DNA of 60,000 nt from Squalus acanthias (Eukaryota). Both the position numbers and the translations under genes were made by a program. Below, piece after piece: positions 1 through 12,870 of this stretch. Numbering within the stretch: position 1 is the stretch's first letter; every line of letters starts with the position of its first letter. The stretch spans positions 93,746,001-93,806,000 of the forward strand of contig CM059432.1 of assembly GCA_030390025.1 (NCBI GenBank), written 5' to 3'. Under the pieces are notes generated by a model, which saw only the letters and a list, made by a program, of their open reading frames with translations, was not told where the DNA came from and did no database searches.

Positions 1-282
1 AGCTTCTTGAGTGTTGTTGGAGCTGCACTCATCTAGGCAAGTGGAGAGCATTTTAGCACACTCCTAACTTGTGCCTTGTAGGTGGTGGAAAGGCTTTCAG
101 GAGTCAGGAGCACCCAAAAAAAAATTAGGGGGAACATTGGTCAGGAGGTGAGTCATTCGCCACAGAATACCCAACCTCTGACCTGCCCTTGTAGCCACAG
201 CATTTATGTGGCTGGTCCAGTTAAGTTTCTGGTCAATGGTGACCCCCAGGATGTTGATGGTAGGGGATTTGACGATGGTAAT
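1..282 (-). mobile_element. RT fragment of the same LINE family as 25471-28737
   Basis: Near-identical to 25931-26175 (SPTINILGVTIDQKLNWTSHIN). Confidence 0.85.
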
Positions 283-1890
283 TAATTCATAAAAGGCAAA
301 ATACAAGTTCCAAAAACGAAAAAAAAACCATCAGTGGCAAATGTTATTCTAAAATGTTTACATTTTAATTAGAAAAAGTCTTTTTTCAGACAAAAGTAAA
401 TTTTCTGATAAAGATTTAGTCTAACAGTGATCAAACCAATTATAAAAGAGAATAAAATACGTTCAAATAATCCAATTCAAATTTATACGTATTGTGTCGA
501 TCACCAAACGTTCATACCAAAACAATGACAACTAATTTGAGTGTAAGCGGGGCTTACATAACATCACCACAGGCTTGACACATGAACACAGAGCACTGGC
601 ATAGACTAGGGTGAAAACACTTTGATATATGTGTCCGATTACATGTATGAAAATTTTAATCATATTTTCTAAACTTTGAGCTGGGCAAGACAACTTAATC
701 TGAATTCAAAACTAACAGTAAATTTTACAATTATTCAGTTTTTAATTCAAAATATTTACAGGCAAGTATCCATCTAAAATTTTACCATAAGAATTATCAG
801 ATAGCTGCTTTAAGGAGAGTTTTTTTTTATATAAGTGCAGACAAAGTGTTAAGAGCAGCAGATCATTGGAATGCATTGCTCCATTGTTAAGTTGCAAGGG
901 GTCCAGATTTTGTTCCAAAGCTCTTTTAGGGATATGGCAAGTATTTTTTTTGAGTCAGGAGCCTTGCTGTCGTCAGGTTCTGCTGCTATTTATCCAAATC
1001 CACAACTCAAGCTTTAATTTAACAAAGATACTGTATGCAAATCTATCTAATTACATCATATTCTCTGTTAAAAGCACTAAACATTAATTGATACTCATCT
1101 TCTGTTACCATTATAGAATGAATATGTGGTAGAAAGGAGTCTGCGCATACGTTACAAAGTATGCCTTCTGCACCATTAGCTGGTATAAAGTAAGACCAAC
1201 ATGTGATATAGGCTATACAAAAGTTGTCTTTGCTTCCCTTAAAGAAACTTAGATAAAAGGAACAGTGGTACAAAAAACAAACACCAACAGTAATTGTTTT
1301 CTTTTTAAGAATGCTTAAAAATCAGGCATAAAAATTGCTCCAACTAAATTAGCAACATTTCTGTGGGCAGGTGTCCATTCAAAAGAATAGATATCAAAAA
1401 TACTCAAATGCTTATTAAATCCTATTCCTAAAGGCTTTTAATGCAAGTGGCTCATTTGCTACCACAGAATATAGTCAAAGAGACTGCAGTGGCAGGCCAA
1501 GACATTAAAAGCAACTTTATTTTTAAATAAACTTTAAAAAGCTGTAACACACCACTCAAAGTATGCCACAAATACATTATTGCACCATACAGGGATTAAA
1601 GCATTAATAACACTTGAAATGTTCAATTACATAATTTATCCTGTTGTCCCAAGTGGCCAACCCTACTATTAAATCCTTATACAGTGCAACAATTTACCCT
1701 AAATATATTAGATTATATACACTGAGACAGAGAAAAAAATAGGATTCTTCATACAAATTGTAAAAAGGAACAGAATTTAAAGACAAAATATATAAGGGTA
1801 ACATTTATTAATGCAGTCATCTATATTAGACAGAAGTCCTTTACAAAAACAAAAGGGAAAATGGGAAACTAGCATTAAATTAATTCTGCC

Positions 1891-3216
1891 TCAACTACAG
1901 GTTATACTTTCCAGGTTTTGCTCTGTTTCAGCTGCCATTGCTGCAGCTTGCAACTGCTCTGTCTCACTAGCAATCACACTTGTAGACACTTGTTTGCGTT
2001 CACTGTGCATATTGTTTTCATGCCTCTTTAGATCAGAAGCTTTGGCAAAAGCTTTAGTACAGGAACCACAAACAAATGGCTTCTCACCTCGGTGCCTCCG
2101 TTCATGATCTTTCAGGTGAGACTTGTGCTTGAAGGCTTTGTCACACATGTGGCATGCAAAGGGTCTTTCATTACTGTGGACTCGTTCATGTTTTTTTAGG
2201 TCAGGAGCTCGAATGAAAGATTTTCCACACACATCGCACCCATAAGGTTTGAAACCTGTGTGAATTTTGAGATGTTCTTTCAAGTGAGCTTGTGTGGTGA
2301 AGGCCTTTGAGCAGATGTCACACACAAATGGTCGATCAGCAGAATGCAACTTCTCATGTTTCCTCAAACGTGTTTCATCAGTGAAAGTCTTGCCACAAGT
2401 CTGACAGCTGAACTGTTCCCTATCCCCATACAGCAAATATTCAAATTTCACATCAGCGTTTGCTGTCCAGCCTGGTGGCTGCTCTTCCTTGACTCCGCTC
2501 ATGCTGTCATTGAAAGCAAGAGTTGGAGGTGGTTGGGGGGTCATATCCTTCGGCTCATTTGTCTCCATGGTTTCCACTTCTGAACCAAAGCAATTGACTT
2601 TACGAACTTCTTCACTTCCAAGTTCTTTTAAAATGGCTTCCTGAACCCGCAGGCCATTTGCTTGGGTCTTTGCGTCATCCTGATTGGGTACAGTTTCTTC
2701 TACTGCCTCTTCTGACTGACCTTCAAGTTGATCTCCAATTTCTTCTATCTCCTCGTCTGTGCTATTTACTGAGGGTCGATGGATTTTAGCACTTATACTG
2801 TAGGGGTATCGACTTTTGCGACGGGCTGCATTCTGTTGAGGAGACACATCACGCTTCTGAGTACATAGTTTATCTAAGAATTTTATTCCAAGGATTTGTC
2901 CAGAAGACATCATCAGGTTCACATCTTCTCTCTTCACAGAGATTTTAGAGGTGTACATATAATTCAGTACTTCTTCAAATATATCTGAACGCAAAAAGTC
3001 AATCTCGATCACTGAAGAACTATCAACCTCTAGTTTTTTAAACAACTTCTTGAAGTAAGTGCTGCAGGCTGCCAAAACACATCTGTGGGCTCGGAACTTA
3101 ACATCTTCCACCACAATGGCTATGTCACAGAACTCTCCTTCTAATCGCTGCTCGTTCAAGGTCTTCAGAAATGCATTTTTATGTTCGTCATCATTATATT
3201 TCACTACTTCACCCAT
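1891..3216 (-). CDS. ZBTB14: Zinc finger and BTB domain-containing protein 14 (ZF5/ZFP161), 441 aa, main coding exon
   Basis: Intact ORF with N-terminal BTB (LNEQRLEGEFCDIAIVVEDVKFRAHRCVLAACS), acidic linker, five C2H2 fingers and C-terminal ETEQLQAAAMAAE matching human ZBTB14 as I recall it. Splice acceptors ttttttaccag (exon start 3232) and ttacag (exon start 3222) lie just upstream of the ATG. Confidence 0.97.
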   Translation of the reverse strand: MGEVVKYNDDEHKNAFLKTLNEQRLEGEFCDIAIVVEDVKFRAHRCVLAACSTYFKKLFKKLEVDSSSVIEIDFLRSDIFEEVLNYMYTSKISVKREDVNLMMSSGQILGIKFLDKLCTQKRDVSPQQNAARRKSRYPYSISAKIHRPSVNSTDEEIEEIGDQLEGQSEEAVEETVPNQDDAKTQANGLRVQEAILKELGSEEVRKVNCFGSEVETMETNEPKDMTPQPPPTLAFNDSMSGVKEEQPPGWTANADVKFEYLLYGDREQFSCQTCGKTFTDETRLRKHEKLHSADRPFVCDICSKAFTTQAHLKEHLKIHTGFKPYGCDVCGKSFIRAPDLKKHERVHSNERPFACHMCDKAFKHKSHLKDHERRHRGEKPFVCGSCTKAFAKASDLKRHENNMHSERKQVSTSVIASETEQLQAAAMAAETEQNLESITCS

Positions 3217-3454
3217 TGTGCACTGTAAGCAACTGGTAAAAAAGGATTAGAAAAGGAACAAAGTAATTTAAAGTTTCTGCAGATAGGCAATAAATAAGAT
3301 GTATTTAGAATGTGCAATCCCCAAACCCAACTGGACAGCATTAATCATGGTTCTTATGGGAAAAGAGGCATCTTAAATTGGATATTTTAATACTTGACTA
3401 TGACTGACCCCCATAACATCCCATATTAAATCAGTCTGCTTTGTTCTAGGCTTT

Positions 3455-3862
3455 ACATATTCCAGAAAGCAGAGAGTAGTGGTGAACCATTGCTTTTCAG
3501 ACTGGAGGGAAGTGTGTAGTGGTGTCCCCCAGGAGTGTTGGGACCACTGCTCTTTTTGATATATATTAATGACCTGGACTTGGGTATAAGGGGCATAATG
3601 TCAAACTTTGCAGATGACACAAAACTCAGAAATGCAGTAAACAGTGAGGAAGATAGTAACAGACTCCAGGAGGACCTAGACAGACTGGTGAACTGGGCAG
3701 ACACATGGTAGATTAAATTTAATGCAGAGAAGTGTGAAATTATGCATTTTGGTAGGAAGAATGAGGAGAGGCAATATAAACTAAATGGTACAATTTTAAA
3801 GGGGTGCAGGAACAGAGAGACCTGGGGGTGTACGTACATAAATCTTTGAAGGTGGCAGGACA
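3455..3862 (+). mobile_element. CR1 LINE RT fragment
   Basis: [25 protein letters not shown], with frameshifts. Confidence 0.85.
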
Positions 3863-4068
3863 AATAAATTGTATAACATTAATTAGTGACAAAGGAAAGA
3901 CTATTAATATTGTCTTAGCAAAGCACTACTCTCTACCTTTCCCTTAAAAAATACAAGAGCAAAAGTGTCATAGCATGAGAATGTAGTATCTCCATGAAAT
4001 AAGTGACAATTATATAAGGTAGGGTATAAAATGTCATGAAAGTTTACATAGAAACAAAAAGCACAGTA

Positions 4069-4431
4069 CAGGAAACTCTTTATTAACCGGCACCGACGGA
4101 CCGGCGTAGTGCCGGTTAATCAAAAAGTCCGGATAATGGAGAGTTATATCTCCCAACGTACGAGAGCCCCGTACACATTGACATGCGCCTGCATTCGGAG
4201 CTCCGTCTCCCCGGGGACCGCCAGCTGACCATCTGTCGTGTCCGCTGCCTACCCGGGCTGCACATTCCCCTCCCAATCTACACGCTCCGATACAAGGCAA
4301 ACGCCTCGGGGTTTTTTTTAAAGTTAATTTTAAACGAGAGATGAAGGAAAACCCCGGTTACCTACTCAAGAATTTTGCCGGTTAAGAGAGATTTCCGGAT
4401 ATTTGGGTGCCGGTTAATAAAGAGTTTCCTG
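4069..4431. mobile_element. Tc1/mariner-pogo (Tigger-like) MITE
   Basis: Perfect 26-bp TIR CAGGAAACTCTTTATTAACCGGCACC, TA TSD, CpG-rich interior. Confidence 0.9.
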
Positions 4432-5394
4432 TAGTTTGTGTATTTCCACATAATGTGAACAACTCAGCACCAGTGTTACTGCAGAGGTTTCCTGAGGTAC
4501 CTCCAATCACACCTCATCACTGGTGGCAACACAACCAGCTGCCATCAATGGCACTATGGTAGGGTCTACTATCTTAGGTATGATGGTGGACGGTCATTAT
4601 TGCTGGGTGGTATAGCCCTTCCATGACATCAGGAAAATCCTGGCCAGTTTACTAAAGTTGCAAATGCAATTTGCACCAACTGCACATGCACGAGATTTGG
4701 GCGTGGGCAACTTTTTTTTAAACTTTGGACCAATTTCACGCATGTAAATCTTGTAAAACAGTAATCTGTTGTTATTAATCTAATGGGGCAGTTATGCTGC
4801 AAGAGATTTGAGCTCAAGTATGGAATTGCTAGAACTGTTCCATTGGAAGCACTCAGTAACAAAATGGGATAGGAGTTGATCGTTGTGCAAGAGGAGTTTA
4901 GAATGCCCATACATGAACATTCTCTTCGAATCAAGACAAAAATATCCTGTTTCTCTCCCAGCTTTAAGGTGCTTAACAAGAAATAAGTTTCGGCAGTCTT
5001 AATGAAGTTGTTTATTTGTGTGGGTCCACAACACAAAATAATCCACAATCTTAGAGCCCAAGTGAATGGCTAGAGTCTATCTGGAGTCAAAATGAAAACA
5101 TTAATTCTGTTACAGTAAAATATGCTCTTCTGACACTGGGGTTAAGGCAGAGTAGAGGAAGTTTTACTTGTGCTTACCTATGCTATACTTGACTTGTAAA
5201 TGCTTAATGTTAACAACTAAATCCCAACAGCAGAAATGTGTTACATTACCCAACAAGGTTGCCATTCAAAATTTAGAGTTGATGCTGCAATGGAAAATTT
5301 CTCTCAGCCAACACATCGACAGCCATTTCCCAAAATGCAAATTGCTTGGAGTTAAACTAAATCTTTAAAAAAAGATAATTCGCAGAGATATATA

Positions 5395-5760
5395 AGGAAT
5401 AATATTTATATAACACCTCGTCACATCTCTGAGAAACATTTTATAATTATTACTTTTGAAGTCACTGTTATATTGGCACACAGCAAGATTTCATAGTTTG
5501 CGATAAACGACCAGTTAATCTGTTTTGGTGATGTTGGTTGAAGGATAAATATTGCTCAGAATTCCCTGCTCTTTTTTGAATAGTGCCACAAGACCTTTAA
5601 CATACACCTAAATAGGCAGTGGAGGACTTGGTTCAATGAGTTGTCTGTAGGACAGTGCTTCTACACTGAAGTATCAGTTTGGATTATGTACTCAAATCCT
5701 AGTTTGAGATTTGAATCCACAGGCTTTTGAATCGGACGCAAGCGTGCTACCAACTGAGTA
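5395..5760 (-). mobile_element. Degenerate tRNA-derived SINE, probably Deu-domain (SacSINE1-like)
   Basis: Minus-strand tRNA-like head ctcagttggtagcac...gattcaaatc, a body resembling the Deu domain and an L2-like tail. Family name from memory. Confidence 0.55.
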
Positions 5761-6648
5761 TATGGGAATCACAACAGGAACGCGTTTAAAAGAGGCAATA
5801 TCGCTTCTGGACATTATAATAGTTCTAAATTTTCTTGATCAGATTGATCAAAGCGGAACCCACATTTTTGAAGGTTTTAATGTAATGCAAATGCCAATAT
5901 TATTGATATTTATTTCTTCAAGTGCTAAATACTGAAATCAAAAATTGTAGGGTAATCCTTGAAACACTGTGAAATTGCTTCTTAGGGTGAATGTTTTCTG
6001 CATTGCTTCTGAAATCACTTTCTGCTGTTAATCACGGGTAAACTACTCTTTTCAAAATCCATAGCTTCCAGCCATAGCCAGATACAGCGTGAGAGTTACA
6101 GAACTGTCTGTTCTTGTGTTAATATTTATTCAAAATTTGTCTGTTTATATCTTTTAGTAATTTTCTGCCAAATATAAATAAATGTTGGCTAGAGGCAGCG
6201 ATCGAATAGAATTAAGCGCTGCTGTGTTTTTGTGAATTCCTTTATGATTTAATAACAATTTGGTCCAAGTTACAATCAGCAGAGACAAAATGCAATTTTT
6301 ATAAAGACTTCAACCAACTCTATTTTGAAAACAAACAATATTAGAGGATTTGAGGTTCAGTAGGTTATTGCTTTAACTATAATTGACATTACACTCCCAC
6401 AGAATGCTTAATTTTACAATGTAAAAGGTTGACATTTCCGCAGAAATCAACATTCAAAATGAATTAACCACCCATTGGTTGTGCCACTCACAATCCGCTG
6501 CTATGCTCTCTCCGGTGTATTCTAATTAATTTTTCCAGAGAATTGTGGCGTAAATTCGCTCTTGGAGGATTGGGGAGCACAATGGTCTAACATGGTGTTG
6601 GTGGTCAATACCGCCATTGCAGCGAATTACAATATGCATCAACTTAAT

Positions 6649-8081
6649 GGCCCAGAAATTGCTGGAACGGCAATTGTATTATTTTTGCGCAGCAAATTGC
6701 TGGAAATGCAAATTCATAACTGTACGCCGATGTCAACGGGGCATCTGGGACCTCATTAACGTCGGTTCCAATGGTCTATCTCCTTAACCAATTAAATTTA
6801 AGCATAAAGGAACAGAGCAAACGACAGAGAAGGTAATTGGGTGAATTAGAGTCAAATTAGATACAGAAAGAGAAATAAAGAAAGGGAGAGAAAGATTAGA
6901 TTAAGAGATAGAAAGGAAAAGTAAGGAAAAAATTAAAAAATTAATAAAACCTCTAGGAACAACTTACTACCTGCAGGAGTGAGACTCCACAGTTTCAACT
7001 GTTCCCTTTCTGGGCCTTCAATGTTGAGTTTTGGTTGTCAGGAACATTAATCATGGCCTGGAATTTACGGTCCTGATGACGGTGAACTGGCAGTGTTCGC
7101 TGTCATTTTGCCTTTGAAACTGACCATAACTTCAGGATTTAGCGCATGTGCAGCCTAATGCGGAAATCCTGAAGTTGCGGTCTGTCATTCACTGCTCCTT
7201 CACAGGCTGCGCTGTCTTCGCCTCCCCCATCCCACAGAGCCGGCAATCAGTGAAATCTCTCAAATCATGGAAAATGACAAAAACTTTGACTCTTCTGCAT
7301 TAATTACGCTGTTAAATACCCCATTAAAAGTTAGACCCTTTTGGATTAGGTGTAACTGGGGTTTTAACAGCGTACTGACTGCTAAACAAAGGTTATGGCC
7401 CTGAAAAACTAATTTAAATTTTGTGCAGTGTCAAATTTCTCCATGTTAATAAAAATATAAATTTTTAAGAAACTTTAAAAAAAATTACTTTTTAAAAAAA
7501 AGTTTGTTCATCTTTATTTCAGATTTGCCTATTCCCCATTTGAGAGCCCCAATCTTTGTTTTGCGCTTGCTAACATTTAAAAAAAGTTTCTGCGCTTTGA
7601 TTGGCTGCTTAGAAAGCTTGTTGACATCACAGCAGCGCTTCACTGGGAATCCCCATAACTTCGTTGATTTGAATTACGCGTCAGAAAACCCGCAATTTTC
7701 GACAGAGATCGCGGGATCTTTGTGCAAAGCTTACTTCAGGGCCAGTGGCGAACGCCTTTGCTTCGCCGCTGGCCGCAAATTCAGGGCCCATGTCATTAAC
7801 AGGGTCCTTACGACATGAAATAGCAGCCCTTAATGTCTGCGGCATGCTTCATTCATATTTACAGTGCAAATCCACCAATTTGTTGACACTCATGGGGAGA
7901 TTTGACAGCGAGCTCCCGATTTTGTGAGGCTAATGGTGGAGTGGTGCAAATCGTCCAGCAATTTGTGCTAATTCGCAACTCATGGCGTATCTCTTCCTTG
8001 CCACAAACAGTAGTGTTTTTACGCATTAATAATAGTAGATGCCCTGAACTCTCCATTCATTTCCCCAGCAATTTCTGAGCC
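6649..8081. mobile_element. Non-autonomous Harbinger-like element with a nested MITE (7055-7788)
   Basis: Outer TIR ggcccagaaattgctgg / ccagcaatttctgagcc; inner ggcctggaattt / aaattcagggcc with 3-bp TSD cat. Confidence 0.7.
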
Positions 8082-8699
8082 ATTGATGGCACTCACTCTC
8101 TCCACTCATGATGCACATTTTGTGTAAAACGGGCTAGAGCCATACGGTGGTGCTTTTCCCCATGTGAAGAGGCTTTTGCTTTCACTGTGCACTTTCCAGC
8201 TATGCCACAGGCGGCGATGTGCACTGGCTCCTGGCCCGCGGATGCAATGGGCTGTTGGTCGCGGCGCTTCCCGCGTCCGTGTCGGGCTCGCGCGCTGGGC
8301 CGCGCTTCTCCGCCGGTTTGCTTTGGATTTCAGTTGTTTCACATTAATCATGTCCGACAGGTTACTGGGGCATTCATTTTACAAAGTAGTGAGAAATCCT
8401 TTTGATATTATATTATGACTGCAAATAGGAGGTTACGTTTTATGCACCGAATCATAAACTTACGTTTCATCTTTTTGTTGAAACGCCATCTGTAATGTGC
8501 ACATATTTTAATTCGTTTTCTGATCACTTCTACAGGGAAAATCCAAAGCGAATTTTAATTAAAATTGCAAACTCCAAATTTTGTGTTTTAAAAAAATGAC
8601 TAAAAGTGCATGGTTGGTTTTCTTTTGCTGATCATGTACGTGCACTGACAGGCTGTGTTGAGCAGAGTGCAAAGCTTCGAAGGGAACGGCAGAATTCCA

Positions 8700-9480
8700 G
8701 TCAATTCTCCTGAATGCACCGTTCCTTCTGAAATAAAAGGGGCAGAAACGCCCCGCCCCGCCAACTGCACCATCCGTCCATGCATCCCTCCCTTTGCAGA
8801 GAGCCAGGATCGCGCCCCGCTCCGAGCGTGCTCGGGGTGTCACGAGTACAGCTCTCACCGACCATCTTGTTGCAGACCGCCTTCACCTCTCTCTCAGCAC
8901 TCGGGGCTGGGGGCCGCTCACACACACACACACAGTGCGTGGCTTAAAAGGCCGATTTGCCGCCCCTTGCATTGAGAGGCTGGACGGTGCAAATGGAGGG
9001 ATGAGAGAGGGAAAGTGGAACAAACTCGAGCCCGGAGCTTGCAGCCGCGGCCGGGCTGGGCTGGCGCGCGCACTGCCGAGCAGCCCGGGATCGAGGAGCG
9101 GGTCCCGAGCACAGCCCGATCCGGCCCGGCCGCCACCTTACCTGAAGCAGGCTCGCTCCGCTCCGGGGATCGGGCGCCGCGCAGCGCCCGGGATTGCCGG
9201 CGGTCTCGAAAGAACAAACTGACGTCTGGGCAGTAACTTGTGGCGGATGTGGCGCTCCGCCCGAGCACCGGCAGGGTGACGGAGTGACGCGCTGCGCAAG
9301 CACGGGGCGGGAGTAGGCGCGAGCCCGGGGCGGGGACACGCACCGCACGGCCCGACCCGACCCGGATAATCGGAGCGAGCGCTCCCGACCCGGATAATCA
9401 GAGCGAGCGCTCCCGGGCCGGGCCGGGCCAGGCCAGGCACAGCGCGAACCCGGTGCTCGGAGCGGCAGCGCTCGAGCAGT
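8700..9480 (-). promoter_or_regulatory. ZBTB14: CpG island, proximal promoter and non-coding first exon of ZBTB14 (donor CAG|GTAAG, exon ends at 9142)
   Basis: Very CpG-rich relative to flanks, GC boxes at 9304-9312 and 9327-9335, strong minus-strand donor at 9141. Confidence 0.8.
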
Positions 9481-10644
9481 TTCATTAAAGGTTACTTCAA
9501 AAAGTGTGAACAGTTCATTTGGAAACCTTCTCGCATTCTTTGTCAATTATTGGGTTCTCTTTTGGAATGCGAAAAAATGCTTATTTGAAAGAGGGAAGGA
9601 AAATTAAATGATACATTTATTTTAAGGAAGCCAGTTTAGTTTCTCACTTTTCCAAGTTTTAATTACTGTAAAAAAACTTTAAAATTGCAGGTACAACTGT
9701 AATACTTTCTTAGTTCATCTTGCAAAGATTAACATGTTTCGTTGAACAGTTAACTTTAGTGCTTTCGTGCTTTTTTTTGCAGGTGCGAACTCCCTTTCCG
9801 ACTGAACAAATGAATGTCCTTATTTCAAGTTACTGTATTAGCAATCTTTCTACTGTACCTATAGTAGTAACAAGATACAAATTGGTTGCATTAACTCTCA
9901 TTCTCTAACTTATGGCCATCTTCAGTGATCACAAAGTCCCGTTCTATGGGAGAGATTAATGGTGTAGTACGCATGCACATGGGAGCACAATATTGTAAAT
10001 GTACCCTATCAGGGAACCTTTGCCATTGGGAGCGCACACCAGGAACTCAGGCACCAGTTCTCCATGATTTTCTATAGTAGTAAGAAAATGGTTGCGTTTA
10101 TTTCCAACACCAGATTTCTGATTGGTCACCTTGGAGGACAAGACCTGATGTCTGATTGGTCCCCTTGGAGGACAAGACACACCCAGCAGTTTATCTGGAA
10201 TCTGTAATTAGATCCTGCCTGCCTAAGTAATCAAGTACTTTGCAAAGTGTAATTCAAGCCATTCTGACTGCCTTGCTCCAGACAGAACAGAGCTCACATA
10301 GAACAGACAGAGCTCACCCTTGTGGGTTAAGACCTTGTCCTACCCAACAACAAGATCCTAACCTTCCTCCCACCCCCAGAGTTTCTGACCTTTTCCCTCC
10401 CAACAAGTTCCTGACCTCCCTCCCCCCTGCCCAAGTTCCTGACCTTCCCCTGCCCAAGTACCCCCCCCTCCTCGGGTTCCTGACCTTCCCCCCCCTCCCC
10501 ATAGATGGGGTATTGTGTGTGGGTCACAGATTGTTAACAGGTTTATTGGGTATGAAGTGAATAATGACAGTGTCCTAACTTCCGGATTTTGTCCAGTCCA
10601 ATGTCACTTGCCATACACGCACCTAACTTGCCGAGAAATCAACC

Positions 10645-11858
10645 AGGTCAGAAAAAACAGGGAACTACAGACCTGTTAGCCTCACATCAGTAGTTGGGAA
10701 AATGCTGGAATCTATTATAAAGGATGCAATAACTGGGCACTTAGAAACTAATAGTAAGATTGGACAGTCAACATGGATTTATGAAAGAGAAATCCTGTTT
10801 GACAAACCTATTGGAGTTCTTTGAGGATGTAACTAGTGGAGTAGACATAGATGTGGTGTATTTGGATTTTCAGAAGGCCTTCGATAAGGTCCCACACAAG
10901 AGGTTGGTGAACAAAATTAGGGCACATGGAATTGGGGGTAATATACTAGCATGGATTGAGAATTGGTTAACAGACAGAAAACAAAGAGTAGGGATAAACG
11001 GGTCTTTTTCAGGATGGCAGGCTGTGACTAGTGGGGTACCGCAAGGATCGGTGCTTGGGCCCCAGCTATTCACAATCTATATCAATGATTTGGATGAGGG
11101 GACTAAATGTAACATTTCCAAATTTGCTGCTGATACAAGCTAGGTGGCAGTGTCAGTTGCGAAGAGGATGTGAAGAAGCTTCAAGGGGATCTCAACAGGC
11201 TCAGTGAGTGGGTGAGAACATGGCAGATGGAATATAATGTGGATAAATGTGAAGTTATCCACTTTGGTAGAAAAAACAAAGGCAGAGTATTTCCTAAATG
11301 GTGAAAGATTGGGGAATGCAGATGCTCAAAGGGATGGGTGTCCTTGTACATGAGTCACTGAAAGTGAATGTGCAGGTGCAGCAAGCCATTAGGAAATGGT
11401 ATGCTGGCCTTCATTACAAGAGGATTTGAGTAAACAAGGCCTGTATTCTCTTGAATTCAGAAGAATGAGAGGGGATCTCATTGAAGCATACAAAATTATT
11501 ACAGGGCTTGATAGGGTGGATGCTAGGAGAATGTTTCCCTTGGCTGGGGAGTCTAGAACCAGGTGCCACAGCCTCAGGATAAAGGGTAGGCCATTCAGGA
11601 CTAAGATGAGAATAAATTTCTTCACACAGAGGGTGGTGAATCTTTGGAATTCTCTACCCCAGAGGGCTGTGGAGGCTCGGTCATTGGGTATATTCAAAAC
11701 AGAAGTCGATAGATTTCTGACTAGTAAGGGCATCAAGGGATATGGCGATAAGGCCAGTAAATGGAATTGAGGCAGAAGATCAGCCATGATCTCATTGAAT
11801 GGCGGAGCAGGCTCAAAGGGCCAAATGGCCGACTCCTGCTCCTATTTCTTGTTATGAT
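10645..11858 (+). mobile_element. CR1 LINE 3' portion
   Basis: [39 protein letters not shown], and a typical tail ending ctcctgctcctatttct. Confidence 0.92.
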
Positions 11859-11863
11859 GTCAA

Positions 11864-12855
11864 GGGGGAGGAAAGTAGAAGGTGGTGTGGGTGTAAAGGG
11901 GGTAGGGGGTGGGTGTAAAGGGGGTAGGGGGTGGGTGTAAAGGGGGTAGGGGGTGGGTGTAAAGGGGGTAGGGTGTAAAGGGGGTAGGGGGTGGGTGTAA
12001 AGGGGGTAGGGTGTAAAGGGGGTAGGGGGTGGGTGTAAAGGGGGAAGGGGGTGGGTGTAAAGGGGGAAGGGGGTGGGTGTAAAGGGGGTAGGAGGTAGGT
12101 GTGTTGGGGGTAGGTGTAAAGGGGGTAGGGGGTGGGTGTAAAGGGGGTAGGGGGTGGGTGTAAAGGGGGTAGGGGGTGGGTGTAAAGGAGGTGGGGGTTG
12201 GGAGAAGGTGGTGCGGGTGTAAAGGGGGTGGGAGAAGGTGGTGCGGGTGTAGGGGGTGGGGGTTGGGAGAAGGTGGTGCGGGTGTAAAGGGTGGGGGTTG
12301 GGAGAAGGGGGTGCGGGTGTAAAGGGGGTGGGGGTTGGGAGAAGGGGGTGCGGGTGTAAAGGGTGGGGGTTGGGAGAAGGGGGTGCGGGTGTAAAGGGTG
12401 GGGATTGGGAGAAGGTGCGGGTGTAAAGGGTGGGGGTTGGGAGAAGGGAGTGGGTGTAAAGGGGGTGGGAGAAGGGGGTGCGGGTGTAAAGGGTGGGGGT
12501 TGGGAGAAGGGAGTGGGTGTAAAGGGGGTGGGAGAAGGGGGTGCGGGTGTAAAGGTGGGGGTTGGGAGAAGGTGGTGCGGGTGTAAAGGGGTGGGGGTTG
12601 GGAGAAGGTGGTGCGGGTGTAGGGGGTGGGGGTTGGGAGAAGGTGGTGCGGGTGTAAAGGGGGTGGGGGTTGGGAGAAGGTGGTGCGGGTGTAGGGGGTG
12701 GGGGTTGGGAGAAGGTGGTGCGGGTGTAAAGGGTGGGGGTTGGGAGAAGGGGGTGCGGGTGTAAAGGGGGTGGGGGTTGGGAGAAGGGGGTGCGGGTGTA
12801 AAGGGTGGGGGTTGGGAGAAGGGGGTGCGGGTGTAAAGGGAGGGGGTTGGGAGAA
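11864..12855 (+). repeat. G-rich minisatellite: about 21-bp unit ggggtgggtgtaaagggggta changing to a 34-36-bp unit ggggttgggagaaggtggtgcgggtgtaaagggggt
   Basis: Tandem array visible directly. Confidence 0.95.
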
Positions 12856-12870
12856 CATGATCCGGCTTAC

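Noticed and set aside
8559..9546. Cluster of overlapping Arg/Ala/Pro-rich ORFs
   Set aside because: Expected by-product of a CpG island; no domain is recognisable.
11864..12855. CRISPR-like or telomeric array
   Set aside because: No unique spacers, vertebrate context, and the unit is not TTAGGG.
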